From: a bacterium | GTDB lineage: Bacteria; SZUA-182; DTGQ01; JAFGSM01 | DNA length: 27,400 nt | Assembly (NCBI GenBank): GCA_049472355.1 | Contig: JBLIRP010000053.1 | Coordinates: 1-27,400, forward strand | Direction of reading: 5' to 3' | Shown here: positions 18,999-27,400 of the stretch, piece by piece | Layout of the letters: each line of letters starts with the position of its first letter | How positions within the stretch are numbered: the first letter of the stretch is position 1 | Notes under the pieces: model-generated | What the model saw: the letters and a program-made list of their open reading frames with translations, nothing else | The model's database searches: none | What the model was told of the DNA's origin: nothing | Position numbers and translations under genes: made by a program

Positions 18999-19734
18999 TG
19001 CCTTTCCTCCCAAGAACGCTCAGAACCCGATTTGTGTATCAACATCCCCAAGGGACACAGCCCCTCAGGGCCCCCCCGTTCCATCTTCCTTCCGCTTGCG
19101 CATTCTCCCCTTGTGGTCGCATCCTGCAACCCTTCGTTCGGGATAACCGTTATTTATGCAGGCCTATGCGGGATACCACCCTTCCTCCGAGGGCATTCCC
19201 CCCACGTAGTTTCTTCGTTGTGGCATTAAATGTTAGAGAGCATGGATGAGAACCCTTCGACGAATTGATACTCAATTCCCTCCCTCTGATAAACATCCTC
19301 TCCGACCGGTAAGGCAACATGATATTCACATATAACACAGCTTATATATCTGATCGGTAATATGGTTCTTTTCTATCGGTGCTTCATGGAACCATCACGA
19401 GAACCGGGAGGCATCGAAACCCTCCACATCCCGATCGGGTTTCTCCATCTGCCTCATGTGCGATCCATTATCACGTTTCGTAATCATCCCCTTCCATGCC
19501 CGCCATTTCTATTGATAGAAACAGCCTTTCCTGCTAATATATACTTACATATCACGTTGCCGGCACAACTGAGAAGCATGAACGATACACGGGACAAAAA
19601 ACTGTTCTCCGCGAGGCGATTCCCCCCCGCTTCTGTTTCCGGTCATTGCACGTCCATCGGCCCTGCCGGTAAGCGGCGTCTCCCATGTACCACGGCCTTT
19701 CATGTCCGGGATGTCTCAACAAAAAAAGGGGCGA

Positions 19735-20055
19735 ATGCCAATGAGACGACGACAATGGAGCAGTAGGGAAAAATTCGATATCATCCTTGAAGGTCTCAAG
19801 GGCGAGGCGGAAATCGGCACACTGTGCGCACGGCATAAGATTTCACCGGCACAATACTCCCGATGGCGGGAACAATTCATGCAGCATGGGCACTGTGCCT
19901 TTGATCTGCCCAGGCACTCCCGTGAAGAAGAGCGATTGCGGGAGGACAACCGGAGGCTCAAGCTCCTCCTCGAAAAGGTCAGGACAGGCCTGGAGCGCAT
20001 CGACATCGAGACCGGCCCCCCCAAAACTCCCCGAAAAACCAAAAAGGTCACCTGA
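19735..20055 (+). CDS. Solo IS3-type OrfA / HTH_Tnp_1 DNA-binding protein
   Basis: RRQWSSREKFDIILEGLKG...LCARHKIS..QY.RWREQF HTH followed by a leucine zipper (LREDNRRLKLLL). No downstream DDE OrfB. Confidence 0.75.
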   Translation: MPMRRRQWSSREKFDIILEGLKGEAEIGTLCARHKISPAQYSRWREQFMQHGHCAFDLPRHSREEERLREDNRRLKLLLEKVRTGLERIDIETGPPKTPRKTKKVT

Positions 20056-20109
20056 CGAGCTGCATCGAAAAGATCCCCTATTTTCCCATCCTGAACGAGA
20101 GCAACGGCA

Positions 20110-21354
20110 TCAGTAAACGGTCGCTTCACCTGCCTTGAAAATAGCGAGTTTTACCAGCGGCGGGGCTATCAACTCATTGATGACCACAGATCCCAGCACC
20201 CCGTTAACCATTACCTCGCCGAAGCTTTCGAACGCGGGGTTCTCAATGGCAAGGAGGATTAATCCCAACGTGACGCCTGCCTTGGGAAGGAGACCGAATC
20301 CCAGGTATTTTCGAACGGCTGACGGCGCGCCTGACAGCGAGGCGCCGATTCGCGCGCCGACGAGCTTGCCGGTAAACCTCCCGATGATGATCAGGAGGGC
20401 CAACGTCCACGCCACCCTCATGATCGAAAGATTAAGATGGGCGCCGGCAAGGGTGAAAAAGGCGGCAAAAATCACATCCTCGATCTCATCAATAACCAAA
20501 AACATGTCCTTGTTGTAGCTCATCTTATTGACGACAAAAAAACCCATGAAGATGTTCACCAACAAGGGGGAGAATCCCACCATCTTGGCCATTCCCGCTG
20601 AGAGCATGATCATGCCGAATACAACGGCAAGCAGTGACTGTTTGTTGGGGGCGAAACGGCTCATCCCCATCAGTGCCACGGCGAACACCGCACCGAACAC
20701 GATTGAGCCAACGATTTCAAACAGCGGCGTAATGACTACCTGATACACGGAAAAGCTTTGCATTCCGGCCACGCACGCCCCTGCAATGCTCAAGGCGATC
20801 GCCGTGCCGATAATGGCATAGGCATCGTCCAGTGTCACCACCCCCATCAATATGGTGGTCAAGGGACCCCTTGCCTTGTATTCCCGGATGATGGCAATGG
20901 TGGCGGCAGGGGCGGTGGCCAGTGACACGGCACCCAGAATGATGGCCATTGGAAGGTACGTCTGCGTAAACCCACCCTGTTCCGTCGGCAGCCTGACGAC
21001 GAAAGGCCCCATGAATATCAGGATCAACGTCACAAAAATCCAGGCACCCAGTGCCTCAAGCAAGGAAATCCAGGCGATGTCCTTCCTCACCCTTCGCAAC
21101 GACTCGATGCTCAGACTGCCCCCCACCAGATAGGCAATGATCCCCAAGGTGATATCGGTGATTATGTTTAATCCCCCGTGAATCATCTCCTGGGATATGA
21201 CGTTTAAAAATGACACGCCCAACAGCATGCCAATGAATATGTAGCCGCTGATTCGGGGAAACTTGACCTTTTTGGCTGCCATCCCGCCGAGATACCCGAT
21301 GATGATCAATATCCCCACTGCCAGGAGAGGATTCATTGATAACGCGGTGTGCAT
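20110..21354 (-). CDS. Cation:proton antiporter (CPA2/KefB-like)
   Basis: Polytopic membrane protein with ATAPAAT, TLDDA, FFTLAGA and GLLPKAGV motifs. Confidence 0.92.
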   Translation of the reverse strand: MHTALSMNPLLAVGILIIIGYLGGMAAKKVKFPRISGYIFIGMLLGVSFLNVISQEMIHGGLNIITDITLGIIAYLVGGSLSIESLRRVRKDIAWISLLEALGAWIFVTLILIFMGPFVVRLPTEQGGFTQTYLPMAIILGAVSLATAPAATIAIIREYKARGPLTTILMGVVTLDDAYAIIGTAIALSIAGACVAGMQSFSVYQVVITPLFEIVGSIVFGAVFAVALMGMSRFAPNKQSLLAVVFGMIMLSAGMAKMVGFSPLLVNIFMGFFVVNKMSYNKDMFLVIDEIEDVIFAAFFTLAGAHLNLSIMRVAWTLALLIIIGRFTGKLVGARIGASLSGAPSAVRKYLGFGLLPKAGVTLGLILLAIENPAFESFGEVMVNGVLGSVVINELIAPPLVKLAIFKAGEATVY

Positions 21355-21359
21355 CGATC

Positions 21360-21833
21360 CTAATCCCCGATAATCCCTTTTTCGCGGAACAGGGCCACCA
21401 GGATATCGAAAACCCCTATCATGCCTACGAGCCTTCTTTTTTGATCAACCACCGGGAGCCTGTCCACGGAATGGATTTTCATAAGGTTATACGCCTTCTC
21501 CAATGCATCCTCTTCGGAAACGGTGAGGACATTGGTTTCCATCATATCATCAACCACAATGAGGGTTGACATTTCGGGGGTGATCTCCAGATCGAATATA
21601 TCGATCTCCTCCCGTTCCAGAAACGGGATGGCCTTTAAAAAACCCGACTCGTACGGTTGAAACACATCGATAAGATTTTCAAAGGACACGGTTCCTATCA
21701 GGCGGTAATCCTCCTCCACCACCGGCACCAGGGGGAAGGTATGAAAGTCCTGCAATCGTGCGACCAATTCACGCAGCATGGTGGAGCGCCGGACGGTCAC
21801 CAGGTCCCTCTTCATGATTTCCTTTACCAGCAT
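21360..21833 (-). CDS. CBS-domain pair protein
   Basis: VKEIMKRDLVTV...VPVV...LIGTVS and DDMMETNVLTV...LPVVD...LVGMI repeats; 5 nt from the antiporter start. Confidence 0.92.
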   Translation of the reverse strand: MLVKEIMKRDLVTVRRSTMLRELVARLQDFHTFPLVPVVEEDYRLIGTVSFENLIDVFQPYESGFLKAIPFLEREEIDIFDLEITPEMSTLIVVDDMMETNVLTVSEEDALEKAYNLMKIHSVDRLPVVDQKRRLVGMIGVFDILVALFREKGIIGD

Positions 21834-22011
21834 ACCGTCACCCTATCCCACGTTCAGTATTAAGGAGCACCCTCACCCTTCTCATGGCCCCCTCCTTTCT
21901 CATGATCCGTTGATTCACCATGCGGATAATTGCTCGATATCTTAGGGGAAATGATACAATAGACCCTTCGTATACAAAAAAATTATACTATTAGATTATA
22001 CCAATTATTCT

Positions 22012-22040
22012 TTGACAATTGTTGAGATTTCATATATAAT
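22012..22040 (+). promoter_or_regulatory. Perfect consensus sigma70 promoter
   Basis: TTGACA (22012-17), 17 nt, TATAAT (22035-40), with an AT-rich upstream region. Confidence 0.8.
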
Positions 22041-22067
22041 TTTTATTGAAAAAAAGGAATTGTTTTA

Positions 22068-22105
22068 TTAACAAGCTCTTTTATATTTAACAAGCTCTTT
22101 TATAT
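22068..22105. repeat. Perfect 19-bp tandem duplication TTAACAAGCTCTTTTATAT
   Basis: Copies at 22068-22086 and 22087-22105. Confidence 0.9.
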
Positions 22106-22566
22106 AATTCTTATTATTCACCTCATTCAGACCTGACCCACATATATTATTATCCCCCTCCCCTTCATATGCAAACGAGAAAAATCCGGCGCATTACCCA
22201 TGCAGCCGCAGATGCCTGTAGTACGTTATGTTCTCATATCCCCTGAGGGCATACACTACCGCTTCTCCGTCGTTGTTGTTCATTCTCTCACTCCTTTTAT
22301 TCATATCCTTTTAGTTATATCCTTCTCAACGATTTCAATCAACCCCGTGCACTGAAAGGCTGACGGCTCTCTCACCCGAACGCTGAACGAAATCCAGATT
22401 CATACGTTACAACTCCGTTATCCGATGCCCCATATTCTTACCCTTGTTGTGTCCGAAGCAAGGGATAAACCTTTAGAAAAGGGAGGTGAGGCGAACGGCG
22501 TGATCAATGGTTCCAAGCCCTTATCAACCCTGCAAACAAAGCACATACATGACAAAGGAGTATGGA

Positions 22567-23217
22567 ATGAAAACCGGGGTATTCACCATGATATCAATGT
22601 GCGCGATTATCATTGCGGTCATCGGAGTCCTCTGCCCTCCCGCGTGTGCCCAGTGGTGGTTAACCGCCTCGACATTCGGCGTTACCTCCATAGGACCGAG
22701 CTGGTTCCAGACCGGCATCGGCGCACCCTTATGGGCGACCACCGGCATCGGCGGGCCTTTCTGGGCGCCTTTCATTACCGGACTGACCCCCGCACCCCCT
22801 ATCACCGGGGCCATCCCCGGCGGCATCGGGGCCCTCGGGGCACCGGTGGCGCCAACACCGGCAGGGGTGCCTGGTCTCGTGGGAGGTGCCGCCTTTCCTG
22901 CTGCAATGGTGGCGCCGGTCCCAAGTTTTGCCCCTGGAATCGCCGGAGGCGCCGTCACGCCTGCGGCCATGGTCGCTCCCACACCGGTTCTCCTCCCGGC
23001 GCTTATGGCGGCCTTGACCGCTCCGGGCGTTCCCGCGGCAGCCGGGGCATTCCCCGCTGCCATGACGCTGGCGACCCCGCTAGCCCCCGGTGTGGCGGCA
23101 CTCATGGCCCCCGTGGCTGGTGTCGCACCCGTGCCCGCGGCAGGCGCCGCCTTCCCTGCAGCAATGGCGATTCCGCCCACCGCCCTTTTTCCTGCCGGCA
23201 TGCTGCCGGTGATTTGA
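22567..23217 (+). CDS. Exported Ala/Pro/Gly-rich uncharged repeat protein
   Basis: AAAGGAG RBS; signal peptide ending ACA|Q; repeats TGIG(A/G)P.WA and (F/T)PAAM; followed by a strong hairpin. Confidence 0.75.
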   Translation: MKTGVFTMISMCAIIIAVIGVLCPPACAQWWLTASTFGVTSIGPSWFQTGIGAPLWATTGIGGPFWAPFITGLTPAPPITGAIPGGIGALGAPVAPTPAGVPGLVGGAAFPAAMVAPVPSFAPGIAGGAVTPAAMVAPTPVLLPALMAALTAPGVPAAAGAFPAAMTLATPLAPGVAALMAPVAGVAPVPAAGAAFPAAMAIPPTALFPAGMLPVI

Positions 23218-23253
23218 TCCACCGAAGGAGCATGCCGTTCCTTCAGACTGCAT

Positions 23254-23300
23254 GGACATCCGCAGGGGAGACACAGCCCCTGCGGATGTCCCTTCCTTTT
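23254..23300 (+). terminator. Putative intrinsic terminator
   Basis: Perfect 15-bp stem GGACATCCGCAGGGG/CCCCTGCGGATGTCC followed by CTTCCTTTT. Confidence 0.75.
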
Positions 23301-23326
23301 CTCATGATTGTAAGACAAACGCTCAT

Positions 23327-23570
23327 GCCGCTTTGCGGCGCCACGAAGCATGAAAATGCTATGTTTTCAGATGAAACACACATGAGCCGGATGAAACTGC
23401 GAATGTCGAATGTAGAATGTAGAATGTAGAAGTGAAACGCAGATGAGACTTCGGCTCACAAAGAGGCATGAAAATCCCGGGGGATTTTCAGATGAATACA
23501 GGATATTTTCGGAACAAAAACTGATAATTCAAGACCTGACCCCAAGCCACATTTATGACCCCAAGGCACA
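23327..23570. repeat. Cluster of REP/MITE-like repeats and a heptamer microsatellite
   Basis: Two GCATGAAAAT...TTTTCAGATGAA units, (GAATGT[C/A])x4 at 23401-23428, and ATTCAAGACCTGACCCC at 23527-23543. Confidence 0.6.
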
Positions 23571-23627
23571 TTTGCATTTGGGCGGTTACCCGCTTTCGTT
23601 CCATATCGAGCAGTCGTCTTTGCTAAT

Positions 23628-24761
23628 TTACGGGGAATGGCTGGTCAGCACAATCCTGACGATCTCCGATCGAGAGAAAAGGCGCATGGGCGGTCCCCAG
23701 ATCCCGGTCCCGCAGGTTGTATAGAGGTATGCTGAGTGATGGCGATAAAGTCCGAACGGATATCGATAGGTGAGGAATACGATGCAATCCATGGGGGGGA
23801 TCTGCCCCGCATGGGTGTGACCGGAGAGCTGCAGGTCGACCCCCATCCGGGCCGCCTCCTCGAAGTGCAGAGGCCGGTGGAAGAGGAGAACAACCGGCCT
23901 GGTACGTTCACTCTTCCCCAGGATTGATTCAAGGTCGGGGCGAGATTCAGGGAACATCTCCCCCGCCGGATCATCCAGGCCCACAATGTCGATCCCCTGT
24001 TCGATCGTGATCATTTCATTCCTCAGCACCGTTATGTTCGCCCTTCGGCAAAGCTCATGGAAGTTCTCTATGCCCGTATAGAACTCGTGGTTCCCGGTAA
24101 TGGCGACGACCCCCTCCCGCGCCCTCAATCTCCTGAGGATATCGATAAAACGCCCGCACTCGTTGATGTCATCCTCGATCAAATCACCGGTGATGACAAT
24201 CAGGTCCGGGCCCAGGGCATTCACCCGCTCTACGACACCATCGAGCCACCTCCCCGGGGTCCACCGGTGCAGGTGCAGGTCGGACAACTGCACGATGGAA
24301 AATCCCGACAGCGCAGGGGAAAGGCCCTGCAGGGGGATCTCCACGTCCCTTGTCCGGGGAAGCCTTGTCCCCCGGTAGAGCGAAAAGGAGGAAACGAGAA
24401 ACACCAGCAGGAGGGCGGCCACGGTGATCACCCGTGAGTGACGCGGGAGGAAGAAGAGAAGGATAAATTGCAGCAGGAACAGGGTGAAGGCGATCGAGAT
24501 GACGCCGAGCCAGACCGCCCCCGACTGAAAGACGGCGAACGCGAAAGGATCGGGCAGCATGCGCCTGGTGATGAGCCGGTCCACGAAGAATGCCGCGCCG
24601 CCCAGGATAAAGATGATCAGGAGGGCCGTACGATACGCCGGCACAAGGGCGAGCCCCCGGTAGAGGCGAAGAAAGACGAAAAGGTGGATAAGAAAATAGA
24701 TCGAAAGAACGATCAGGAGAAAGATGATGAAGTTGAGCCTGCCCATAATCGCCTTATGCAC
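23628..24761 (-). CDS. Membrane-anchored metallophosphoesterase (YkuE/YaeI-like)
   Basis: N-terminal TM helices; SDLH, TGDL, GNHE, LLFH and SGHTHAGQ motifs. Start may be ATG 24746. Confidence 0.94.
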   Translation of the reverse strand: MHKAIMGRLNFIIFLLIVLSIYFLIHLFVFLRLYRGLALVPAYRTALLIIFILGGAAFFVDRLITRRMLPDPFAFAVFQSGAVWLGVISIAFTLFLLQFILLFFLPRHSRVITVAALLLVFLVSSFSLYRGTRLPRTRDVEIPLQGLSPALSGFSIVQLSDLHLHRWTPGRWLDGVVERVNALGPDLIVITGDLIEDDINECGRFIDILRRLRAREGVVAITGNHEFYTGIENFHELCRRANITVLRNEMITIEQGIDIVGLDDPAGEMFPESRPDLESILGKSERTRPVVLLFHRPLHFEEAARMGVDLQLSGHTHAGQIPPMDCIVFLTYRYPFGLYRHHSAYLYTTCGTGIWGPPMRLFSRSEIVRIVLTSHSP

Positions 24762-24774
24762 CGGGGATCATCGT

Positions 24775-25584
24775 CTATCGTGCCTCCCGGTTGGAGTGAT
24801 AGCGCATCGCCTCGGGCAGATGTTCCTTCATGGCCGCGATCCGGTTTTTATCCGCAGGATGGGTGGAAAGGAATTCAGGCGGCTTGGGTCCGGCCCCAGT
24901 GCTCATACGCTCCCAGAAGGCAACGGCCTCCTTGGGATTATACCCGGCCCTTGCCATAAGGATGAGCCCGATGCGATCGGCCTCGTACTCATGGGTGCGG
25001 CTGTAAGGGAGGAGAAACCCGATCTGGGCACCGAGCCCGAATGCCTGAAGCCACAGGTTCTGAGTGGTCCTGGGCTTGCTCTCCATGGCCTTTGCGAGGG
25101 TGAGCCCCCCCAGTTGCACCAGGAGGGTCTGGCTCAATCGCTCGTTGCCGTGCTGGGCCAGGGCGTGGGCAACCTCGTGGCCGATAACGGCGGCAAGCCC
25201 GGTCTCATCCTTCGTATAGGGCAGGATGCCGGTATATACCGCCACCTTTCCCCCCGGCATGCACCAGGCATTGACCGTTTCATCATCCTGGATCAGGATG
25301 AATTCCCAGTCCATGACCAGGTTCAGGCGCAGCTCGCTGATGAATGCATCCGCGGCCGCGGCAATGCGCCCCCCCACCCGCTGGAGCATCGCGTTCGCCT
25401 CCCTGTCGGCGGAGAGCCTCGACTCCTTCTTGATCTGCTCGTATTGCCGGAAGCTCATCGAGAGGATCTCTACCTCCGGAATGAGCGTCAACTGCTGCCG
25501 CCGGGTCAGGGGAACCGTGGCGCACGAAACCACGAGCAGTGCGATCAATAGTGTGCACCATGCCTTGAATTTCGGGTTCACCAT
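24775..25584 (-). CDS. M48 family zinc metallopeptidase, lipoprotein
   Basis: Lipobox VVSC, NAWCMPGG, HEVAH, EYEADRIG and FLSTHP. Confidence 0.95.
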   Translation of the reverse strand: MVNPKFKAWCTLLIALLVVSCATVPLTRRQQLTLIPEVEILSMSFRQYEQIKKESRLSADREANAMLQRVGGRIAAAADAFISELRLNLVMDWEFILIQDDETVNAWCMPGGKVAVYTGILPYTKDETGLAAVIGHEVAHALAQHGNERLSQTLLVQLGGLTLAKAMESKPRTTQNLWLQAFGLGAQIGFLLPYSRTHEYEADRIGLILMARAGYNPKEAVAFWERMSTGAGPKPPEFLSTHPADKNRIAAMKEHLPEAMRYHSNREAR

Positions 25585-25676
25585 ACCCTCTCTCCTCTTC
25601 GGGTATACGTTGCATTTCGGGTACGCGCCGCATACGGCTGCGAACAGGGCCTGTACCCCGCCATATCCCTATCGGA

Positions 25677-25741
25677 AGTATATTCAATCCCCGGTGACCA
25701 TGTCAATTGCAGTTGACATTCAGGAGAAAAATATCAATAAT
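25677..25741. promoter_or_regulatory. Back-to-back divergent promoters
   Basis: Minus strand TTGACA-18 nt-TATACT and plus strand TTGACA-17 nt-AATAAT; the two -35 boxes form the palindrome ATGTCAA-N6-TTGACAT. Confidence 0.55.
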
Positions 25742-25978
25742 TATTTCGGCCTTTTATTTCATGGTATAGTGGGAAACCTTCCCAAAAATCCATGGATATG
25801 ATACCATACACGCACCGGAGGATATCTGTGCCTGTAACTGATCAGTATATTCCGGGAAAGAGGCAAGGGGGGGGCGCCTGCGTGCCTGAATTCTCCGGGG
25901 AACAAGGTTTGAAAGGCGTGGTCCCGATCCCGCTGATCGTGTCCGTTCACACCGGGGGAAACCGGGATCGGTGACCCT

Positions 25979-26449
25979 ATGAACGACGATGAGCGGTGTA
26001 TGCGGTATGCCCTGGAAGAGGCCGGAAAGGCCCTGGCAGAGGACGAGGTCCCGGTGGGGGCGGTCCTGGTCAATGAACAGGGGCTGATCGCCGGCGGTTA
26101 CAATCAGGTGGAGGGGAGCAACGACCCCACCGCTCATGCCGAAATGCAGGCAATTCGGAGGGCCAGCCGGCATTTGGGGCGCTGGAGACTGACGGGCACG
26201 ACCCTGTATGTAACGGTCGAACCGTGCTGCATGTGCCTCGGGGCCATCATCCTGGCGAGGATCGAACGTCTGGTCTTCGGCATACCGGAGCCCAAGACAG
26301 GGTGCTGCGTATCCCAGGCGGACCTTCCCTCCGGGATATTCAGCAGGTATGGGCTGGTGGTTGCGTCGGGTGTCCTGGCCGACGAGGCACGGGCATTGAT
26401 GCAGATCTTCTTTAAAAAGAAACGGAGAGGTACCGAAGTCAGGCCGTAA
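25979..26449 (+). CDS. tadA: tRNA adenosine(34) deaminase
   Basis: EVPVGAV, DPTAHAE, EPCCMC and C-terminal FF..KR; located next to tRNA-Ser, SRP RNA and dnaX. Confidence 0.9.
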   Translation: MNDDERCMRYALEEAGKALAEDEVPVGAVLVNEQGLIAGGYNQVEGSNDPTAHAEMQAIRRASRHLGRWRLTGTTLYVTVEPCCMCLGAIILARIERLVFGIPEPKTGCCVSQADLPSGIFSRYGLVVASGVLADEARALMQIFFKKKRRGTEVRP

Positions 26450-26521
26450 CGGGGTCGACTCGAAATCGACTTGTCTCGTGATGAGCGAGGCACGTGGGTT
26501 CGAATCCCACCCTCTCCGCCA
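26424..26521 (+). tRNA. tRNA-Ser(CGA)
   Basis: GGAGAGG/CCTCTCC acceptor, GTCGA-CTCGAAA-TCGAC anticodon arm, long variable arm, GCCA end. Confidence 0.95.
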
Positions 26522-26536
26522 ACTATATAAAACATC

Positions 26537-26629
26537 GGAGAGATGTCCGAGTGGTTTAAGGAGCACGATTGGAAATCGTGTGGGTGGTTAATAGCCGCCT
26601 CGAGGGTTCGAATCCCTCTCTCTCCGCCA
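26537..26629 (+). tRNA. tRNA-Ser(GGA)
   Basis: GGAGAGA/TCTCTCC acceptor, CACGA-TTGGAAA-TCGTG anticodon arm, long variable arm, GCCA end. Confidence 0.96.
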
Positions 26630-26635
26630 GATTTT

Positions 26636-26906
26636 GGTCGTGCTAGGCGGGGAGTTAGCGGTGCCCTGTACCCGCAATCCGCTATAGCGGGGTCGAATTC
26701 CCGGATTGAGGTCCCTACCCGTAAGGGATCGGCCTCGGATAAGTGCGTTGATGTCCAGGTCCTGCGCAACAGAACGTTACGAACCCCGTCAGGTCCGGAA
26801 GGAAGCAGCGGTAAGTAATCATTTCTGTGTGCCGTGGGGATACCTGGACGGAGCAGCCTGTCCGTGTTACCACCTTGGGGGTGTGATCGAAGCCGGGTGC
26901 ACGACC
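26636..26906 (+). ncRNA. ffs: Signal recognition particle RNA, large (Alu-containing) type
   Basis: Terminal stem GGTCGTGC/GCACGACC, Alu-like GGGGAGTTAGCGGTGCCCTGTACCCGCAATCCGCT, helix 8 TCAGGTCCGGAAGGAAGCAG, T-run after the 3' end. Confidence 0.95.
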
Positions 26907-27065
26907 ATTTTTTTAGCACCTCCCGGAGAGGTGCGGCGTGAAAAATGACCGACCGCGGCCTTTCGTAGCACACCGCTTCAGCAGGCCGCATGGCCTGTTG
27001 AATGTCATATGGTTGAGGCGAGCAGCTTCCCGCTCTCGGAAAAACCGATCCCCGAGGAGAATGCG

Positions 27066-27400
27066 TTGTCCTATCTGGTGCTGGCAAGAAAATGGAGGCC
27101 GAGACAATTCGATGATGTTGTCGGCCAGAAGGCGATCACCCAGACACTGAAGAATGCCATCCTGTCCGGACGCATTGCGCATGCCTACCTCTTTTCAGGG
27201 CAGCGGGGGGTCGGGAAGACGACCACCGCCAGGGTCCTGGCCAAGGCACTCAACTGTGAGAAGGGCCCTACCCCGCACCCCTGTGATGCATGCCCCCTGT
27301 GCGCGGAGATCAATAAGGGGAGTTCTCTCGATGTCATCGAAATCGACGGGGCGTCCAACAACAGCGTCGACGATATCAGGGACCTCAGGGAAAAGGTGCA
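27066..27400 (+). CDS. dnaX: DNA polymerase III subunit gamma/tau, 5' part truncated by the window edge
   Basis: TTG start after [33 protein letters not shown]alker A, four-Cys zinc module, EIDGASN. Not in the supplied ORF track. Confidence 0.96.
   Translation, partial: MSYLVLARKWRPRQFDDVVGQKAITQTLKNAILSGRIAHAYLFSGQRGVGKTTTARVLAKALNCEKGPTPHPCDACPLCAEINKGSSLDVIEIDGASNNSVDDIRDLREKV

Noticed and set aside
22068..22105. 19-bp repeat as a CRISPR or iteron array
   Set aside because: Two adjacent copies with no spacer; no cas or rep genes in the window.
22460..22535. Resemblance to a c-di-GMP-I riboswitch (AAACC...GAAA...GG)
   Set aside because: The GACGCAAA junction and second stem are not convincingly present; a covariance-model scan would be needed.
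22425..23429. 334-aa Arg/His/Gly-rich ORF and the 275-aa antisense ORF 22524-23351
   Set aside because: Alternative frames of the Ala/Pro/Gly gene; only the 22567 frame has an RBS, signal peptide and a downstream terminator.
26134..27087. 317-aa minus ORF and small ORFs across the tRNA/SRP region
   Set aside because: They overlap structural RNA genes and tadA.

Overview
Bacterial chromosomal window, mostly GC-rich; the gene content (MucR, divergent PGK, REP-like motifs) suggests a Desulfobacterota-like lineage, which is inference only. Housekeeping backbone: Tex, PGK-like kinase, tRNA-Arg(ACG), pyrF, cation:proton antiporter plus CBS protein, metallophosphoesterase, M48 peptidase, and a tadA - tRNA-Ser(CGA) - tRNA-Ser(GGA) - large SRP RNA - dnaX cluster. 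A decayed AT-rich island sits at the 3' end of tRNA-Arg and holds a frameshifted tyrosine integrase remnant and an intact three-gene operon (HicA, C-terminally extended HicB, unknown 236-aa protein). The leads most worth following are: (1) this tripartite HicAB module, which resembles toxin-antitoxin-chaperone systems but has no recognisable SecB; (2) an ~870-aa fusion of an endonuclease-IV-type TIM barrel with two cyclic-nucleotide-binding domains; (3) a ~75-nt standalone small RNA candidate with its own promoter, terminator and an anti-Shine-Dalgarno stretch; (4) an exported Ala/Pro/Gly protein whose mature chain has no charged residues, behind a perfect consensus promoter; (5) a histidine kinase whose CZB zinc-binding domain lies between its two TM helices. 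All family assignments are by motif recognition; no searches were run.
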